The notes below the pieces were generated by a model. It was not told the origin of the DNA and ran no database searches. It saw nothing but the letters and a program-made list of their open reading frames with translations. Below are positions 59,561 to 64,000 of a stretch of DNA of 64,000 nucleotides, piece by piece. The position numbers were made by a program, and so were the translations under genes. This stretch comes from Methanomassiliicoccaceae archaeon (GTDB taxonomy: Archaea > Thermoplasmatota > Thermoplasmata > Methanomassiliicoccales > Methanomassiliicoccaceae), in assembly GCA_040776945.1 (NCBI GenBank), contig JAXGZN010000002.1:832001-896000 (forward strand), read 5' to 3'. The number at the start of each line of letters is the position of its first letter. Within the stretch, counting starts at the first letter, position 1.

Positions 59561-60358
59561 ATGAAGACGATGGACGATATCGCCTACGCTTCACCGTTCA
59601 GGGACTGGTCCCCGCTGGGCAAGTTCTCCCTGGCCCTGTCCCTGCTGGTAGCGTCATTGCTGGCCTCGTCCATCGTCGTCCCTTCGATCGGACTTGTCGT
59701 CGGATTCGTTCTTTTGGCCTATTCCACGAGGCTGCGGTTCCCCAAGGTGATCGTGATAGCCCTGCTCGAAGGTCTGCTCATCTTCTTCATCGGTGCCCTG
59801 GTCATCGCCCTGGTGACCGCAGGACAGCCCCTGTGGACGTTCGACCTATGGCCCCTCACCGTGACGGTCTCTAGGGAAGGGGCCCATCTTGGACTATTGG
59901 TCTTCCTAAGGGCGGTCACCGGAGTGACCGTCATGCTTTTCTTCGCCACCTCCACTCCGCTCCCTCAGTTCGCCAACTCCCTTCGCCAGATCAGGATGCC
60001 GAAGGAGATCGTGGAGCTCACGGTGCTGATATATCGCTACTCCTTCCTCCTTCTAGAGCAGGTCGAGACCATGTACATCGCGGCCGATTGCCGTCTGGGT
60101 TTCCGCGGCTATCGGAACAAGTATCGGACCACGTCCAAGATGGCGGTCAACGTCTTCACCAGATCGCTGGACATGGCCGAGCGCTCTCAGGCGGCGCTGA
60201 ACGCCAGAAGCTACCAGGGCGTGTTCCATTGCTACCGCCCGCCGGTGAGTCTGTCGGCAAAATGGATATCTTTTTCGCTGGCAGTATTCTTATCTCTGTA
60301 CGCGATAAACCAGCTTATCGTAGATTCCGGCTCGCTCATGTGCCTATTGAAGATGTGA
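59561..60358 (+). CDS. cbiQ: cobalt ECF transporter T component
   Basis: Multi-helix membrane protein; LIYRY, CRLG, ARSY motifs. Confidence 0.9.
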   Translation: MKTMDDIAYASPFRDWSPLGKFSLALSLLVASLLASSIVVPSIGLVVGFVLLAYSTRLRFPKVIVIALLEGLLIFFIGALVIALVTAGQPLWTFDLWPLTVTVSREGAHLGLLVFLRAVTGVTVMLFFATSTPLPQFANSLRQIRMPKEIVELTVLIYRYSFLLLEQVETMYIAADCRLGFRGYRNKYRTTSKMAVNVFTRSLDMAERSQAALNARSYQGVFHCYRPPVSLSAKWISFSLAVFLSLYAINQLIVDSGSLMCLLKM

Positions 60359-60362
60359 TGTT

Positions 60363-61685
60363 ATGATGAAGGGCCCCGTCATCGCCACCAAGGAGCTAGG
60401 CTTCTCGTATCAGAACGGATCGCCCGCGCTCAGGGGTGTCTCGTTGGAGGTGCACAGGGGAAGGAAGATCGCGTTCCTCGGTCCCAACGGGGCGGGAAAG
60501 AGCACATTGTTCCTGCACTTCAATGGCATACTTCGTCCCAAGAAAGGAGAGGTCCGCTATAATGACGTCCCTTTGAGATACGACCAGAGGTCCCTGGCAT
60601 TGCTTCGGCAGGACATAGCCATGGTGCTGCAGAACCCCGACGACCAGATCTTCTCTTCCACTGTGGAGGAGGATGTGGCCTTCGGGCCGATGAACCTTGG
60701 TCTTGAGCGTGCGGAGGTGGAACGGCGGGTCGATGTGTCCCTTCACCTGGTCGGAATGGAGGGCCTGCGAAGTAGGCCGACCCAACAGCTCTCCTTCGGC
60801 CAGAGGAAAAGGGTTTCCCTGGCCGGGGCCTTGGCCATGAGGCCCAAGGTCCTGATAATGGACGAGCCCACTGCTGGCCTGGACTCTGAGATGGTTCATG
60901 AACTGCTGGAGCTGTCGGACGAGCTGAACCACGCAGGCATGACCATGATCATGTCCACTCACGATATCGAGACGGCGTATGAATGGGCAGATGAGATGGT
61001 CGTCCTGATCGGCGGCGAGGTGGTGTTCTCTGGCACACCGGAGGACCTCTTCGATCGCCATATGCTCCTGGACCGGCTGAGGATCGTATATCCTTACGCT
61101 GTGAGGATGAACCAGCAGCTGCACTATCGAACTGGCAGGCCTGAACGGCCATTCCCCCGTACCTTGGTAGAGCTGACCGAGAAATGCTTCCCCAGTCCGG
61201 CCACCGGAGCGCATGAGGGTTCCGAGCTTTCCCATGCGCGCTTATCGGCCGGCACGCTCTATATCGCGGACGTCGACGACCCCGGACTGCCCGGGCAGGT
61301 CGATGATATCGCCGGCCGGATGCAGGACCTCCATCGATCCTCAGGCGTCTACGGTGCCAAGGCCCGCCGTCTGGTCAGAGATGGGAGGCTGGATGTCCAT
61401 CATCCTTTCCACGCACTGGAGAACGCCCTTCTCCAGGTCAGCGTGGGCAAGGACTTCCTGTTGTACACCGACACCTCCCTCATCTCCTTGGTCGGCCGGG
61501 AGCTGGCCAAGGTGGAGGGGCGGGTGGGGCTCCGCACCAGGGTAGTGTTCAGCGCTCACGCGACGAGGGGCGGGGACAGGCCGCAGGAAGCCGATGCCGG
61601 CAGCATCAGAGAGATAAAGAGCCAGGAGGACCATGGTGAAGATATCAACGGCCGGCCTCTCGAAGGCCGATTCGGACGATCATGA
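60363..61685 (+). CDS. cbiO: cobalt ECF transporter ATPase with C-terminal extension
   Basis: GPNGAGKS, QNPDDQ, LSFGQ, DEPTAGLD. Confidence 0.92.
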   Translation: MMKGPVIATKELGFSYQNGSPALRGVSLEVHRGRKIAFLGPNGAGKSTLFLHFNGILRPKKGEVRYNDVPLRYDQRSLALLRQDIAMVLQNPDDQIFSSTVEEDVAFGPMNLGLERAEVERRVDVSLHLVGMEGLRSRPTQQLSFGQRKRVSLAGALAMRPKVLIMDEPTAGLDSEMVHELLELSDELNHAGMTMIMSTHDIETAYEWADEMVVLIGGEVVFSGTPEDLFDRHMLLDRLRIVYPYAVRMNQQLHYRTGRPERPFPRTLVELTEKCFPSPATGAHEGSELSHARLSAGTLYIADVDDPGLPGQVDDIAGRMQDLHRSSGVYGAKARRLVRDGRLDVHHPFHALENALLQVSVGKDFLLYTDTSLISLVGRELAKVEGRVGLRTRVVFSAHATRGGDRPQEADAGSIREIKSQEDHGEDINGRPLEGRFGRS

Positions 61686-61709
61686 TGCGGATATTGCGAC
61701 GGTGAAAGG

Positions 61710-63068
61710 ATGCATATACCAAGGCTCGTCATAGCGGGAGAGAGGAGCGGGGTCGGCAAGTCCACCATAACCGTGGGGATGCTTATGGCACTGAAGGCCC
61801 GCGGCCTTGACCCTCAGCCTTTCAAGGCCGGGCCGGACTTCCTCGACCCGATGCATCACAGCGCGGTACTGGGAAGGCCATCCTATAACCTGGACACCTG
61901 GATGTTCCGGGACCGGGTCCTGCCGTCCTTCATACATGGCTCCAAGGGATCGAAGATATCTGTCATCGAAGGTGTTATGGGCCTCTACGACGGCCTCGAC
62001 GGCATATCGGACGAAGGCTCCACATCTCACCTGGCCAAGGTCTTGAAGGCTCCCGTGGTCCTTATCATCGACGCCTCGTCGTCCGCCCGCTCGGCCGGCG
62101 CGGTGGCCCTCGGCTTCAAGGAATATGATCCTCAGGTGAATATCGCCGGTGTCATCTTCAACAACGTAGCGGGTCCGTCGCACCTCTCCATGCTCCGAGA
62201 TTCCCTACGGGGGATGGAGTGTCTCGGAGGAGTGCCCTCTGAGGCGGCAGTGGAGCTGGGGTCCCGACATCTTGGTCTGATACCGGCGGGCGAGGACATG
62301 GACATGGCGCGGTACGCGCGGATCCAGGCCCTGGTCGAGAGCAATGTGAACTTGGACCGGATCGTCGAGCTGGCATCGGCGGCCCCGGACATCGGTCCTC
62401 GGAAGAGGGTGACGGCGGCCCGCCGGAAAAGGCCCAGGACCCGCATCGGCCTGGCCTGGGACGAGGCGTTCAATTTCTATTACCAAGGCAATCTTGACCA
62501 CCTATGCATGCTGGGGGCCGAGATCGTGAGGTTCTCGCCCATTCGCGATCGGCTTCCGGAGGTCGACGGCCTTTATTTTGGCGGCGGCTATCCCGAGCTG
62601 TTCTCCCGCGAGCTGGAGTCCAACACGGAGCTTAGGGAAAGCATACGTAGGGCCTCTGCGGATGGCATGCCCATCTACGCGGAGTGCGGAGGCATGATGT
62701 ACACCTGCGGAGAGGTCAGGGACATGAACGGGCGCAGTATGAGGATGACCGGCATATTCGACGCGGAGGTGGAGATGACAGACAGGCTGCAGGCGATAGG
62801 CTACATCGAGATGGAGGCTCGCAAGGACAACGTCATGTCGCTCAAGGGATGGAGCACCAGAGGGCATGAGTTCCATTGCTCCAGAGTGAGCTGCACTGGC
62901 AACGAGGATTTCGTTTACAAGATGAAGCGGGGCAAAGGGATCATGGAAGGAATGGACGGAATGCTTTCCCACAATACATTGGCATCATACGCGCATCTCC
63001 ACTTCGCCGCCTGCCCGGACCTCGCTCGACGATTCGTCATGAGCTGCGTGTACTCCAGGAGGCGATAG
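61710..63068 (+). CDS. cbiA: cobyrinate a,c-diamide synthase
   Basis: SGVGKS, KAGPDFLD, EGVMGLYDG, RHLGL, GGYPE, AECGG, GHEFH. Confidence 0.93.
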   Translation: MHIPRLVIAGERSGVGKSTITVGMLMALKARGLDPQPFKAGPDFLDPMHHSAVLGRPSYNLDTWMFRDRVLPSFIHGSKGSKISVIEGVMGLYDGLDGISDEGSTSHLAKVLKAPVVLIIDASSSARSAGAVALGFKEYDPQVNIAGVIFNNVAGPSHLSMLRDSLRGMECLGGVPSEAAVELGSRHLGLIPAGEDMDMARYARIQALVESNVNLDRIVELASAAPDIGPRKRVTAARRKRPRTRIGLAWDEAFNFYYQGNLDHLCMLGAEIVRFSPIRDRLPEVDGLYFGGGYPELFSRELESNTELRESIRRASADGMPIYAECGGMMYTCGEVRDMNGRSMRMTGIFDAEVEMTDRLQAIGYIEMEARKDNVMSLKGWSTRGHEFHCSRVSCTGNEDFVYKMKRGKGIMEGMDGMLSHNTLASYAHLHFAACPDLARRFVMSCVYSRRR

Positions 63069-63069
63069 C

Positions 63070-64000
63070 ACGGACGAGCATTGGCACAAGGTGGAGGCTC
63101 AGCTCCGTGACCTCCGGGCCGGCCCCAACAGGGAGTGCCCATACTATCCATGCCATTTTGACGGACAGGACTGCTCTCTTTGCTTCTGCCCCCTTTATCC
63201 CTGCCTTGATCCCCGGTTGGGAGAGTTCGTAACCGCAAAGAGCGGCAAGGAGGTGTGGAGCTGTGAGAACTGTTACTGGACACATCGCTCGGACGTTGCC
63301 TCGGAGGTCGCCAGGCGCGTTCCCGCCACGGCCTCTCCTCCTCCGCGGAGCTTCCTGGACGAGGTTAAGGCGGAGGTTGAGGCCTTTCATCCTGTCTCCG
63401 CCATGCCCATCATGGTGCTGGGCGCGACCTCTGGCGCCGGCAAGTCCCTTATCACCGCCGCGCTGTGCCGCTTGTTCTCTGACCTGGGCTACAACGTCGC
63501 GCCGTTCAAGTCGCAGAACATGTCCCTAAACTCCATGGTGACCCCGGCAGGCGGCGAGATCTCAAGGGCCCAGGCCCTTCAGGCCATAGCTGCGCGCACC
63601 AGTCCGGACAGCAGGATGAACCCCATCTTGCTTAAGCCAAAGAGGGACGACGTCTCCCAGGTGATCGTCGATGGCAGGCCGTACCGCGACATGGACGTGC
63701 CGACCTACTATGATGAGTTCACCATGGGCAAGGGAATCGAGATAGTCACCAGGGCCTGGAACTTCCTTCGCAGGACCAGGGACGTGGTCATCATCGAGGG
63801 GGCCGGCTCTCCGGCGGAGATCAACATCGCCGATAGAGAGATAGCCAACATGAGGACGGCGGAGATCGCCCGTGCCCCGTGCATCTTGGTGGTCAATATG
63901 GAATGGGGCGGGGCCTTCGCCTATGCCTACGGTACCATCATGCTCCTGCCCCCAGAGCAGCGGAAGATGTTCAAGGGCATCGTGCTGAACAACATGCGCG
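63070..64000 (+). CDS. cbiP: cobyric acid synthase with N-terminal Cys-rich zinc-finger-like domain (runs off window; start uncertain)
   Basis: Manual translation: CPYYPCHFDGQDCSLCFCPLYPC..WSCENC in frame with MVLGATSGAGKS, PFKSQNMSLNS, MNPILLKP, IEGAGSPAEIN. Confidence 0.88.

Noticed and set aside
5726-63068. Pyrrolysine read-through at TAG stops of housekeeping genes (nitroreductase, pyrK, thpR, AcnX-like, DEAD helicase, cbiA)
   Set aside because: Each protein looks complete at the TAG, and I noticed no downstream domain continuing the frame.
1-64000. CRISPR array or cas genes
   Set aside because: No regularly spaced direct repeats and no Cas motifs seen.

Overview
Archaeal chromosomal segment. 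Gene content, TATA-type promoters, an intron-containing tRNA and GC-rich codon usage suggest a Methanomassiliicoccales/Thermoplasmatota methanogen (inference). The backbone is housekeeping: feoB and a DtxR regulator, cysE-cysS, pyrD-pyrK, iscS-iscU, glyS, valS, a DEAD-box helicase, peroxiredoxin, and cbiMNQO-cbiA-cbiP. Main points of interest: (1) an AT-richer island of about 12.5 kb next to tRNA-Gly, with a tyrosine-integrase remnant, an AbiE-like pair and a tightly coupled five-gene operon (Upf1/DNA2-like SF1 helicase, wHTH plus Regnase-type PIN RNase, coiled-coil protein, ClpB-like AAA+ ATPase, NrdG-like radical SAM) that I cannot match to a named defence system; (2) a 380-aa LAGLIDADG intein inserted at the first Fe-S-ligand Cys of IscU, with mosaic base composition; (3) two tandem CBS proteins with an HPF-like C-terminal domain (candidate ribosome hibernation factors); (4) a tRNA-Cys with a BHB intron and an atypical C73 discriminator; (5) an orphan Mrr-type nuclease with a zinc-finger array; (6) a structured intergenic element at about 56.9-57.1 kb. 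All calls come from reading motifs by eye; no database searches were run.
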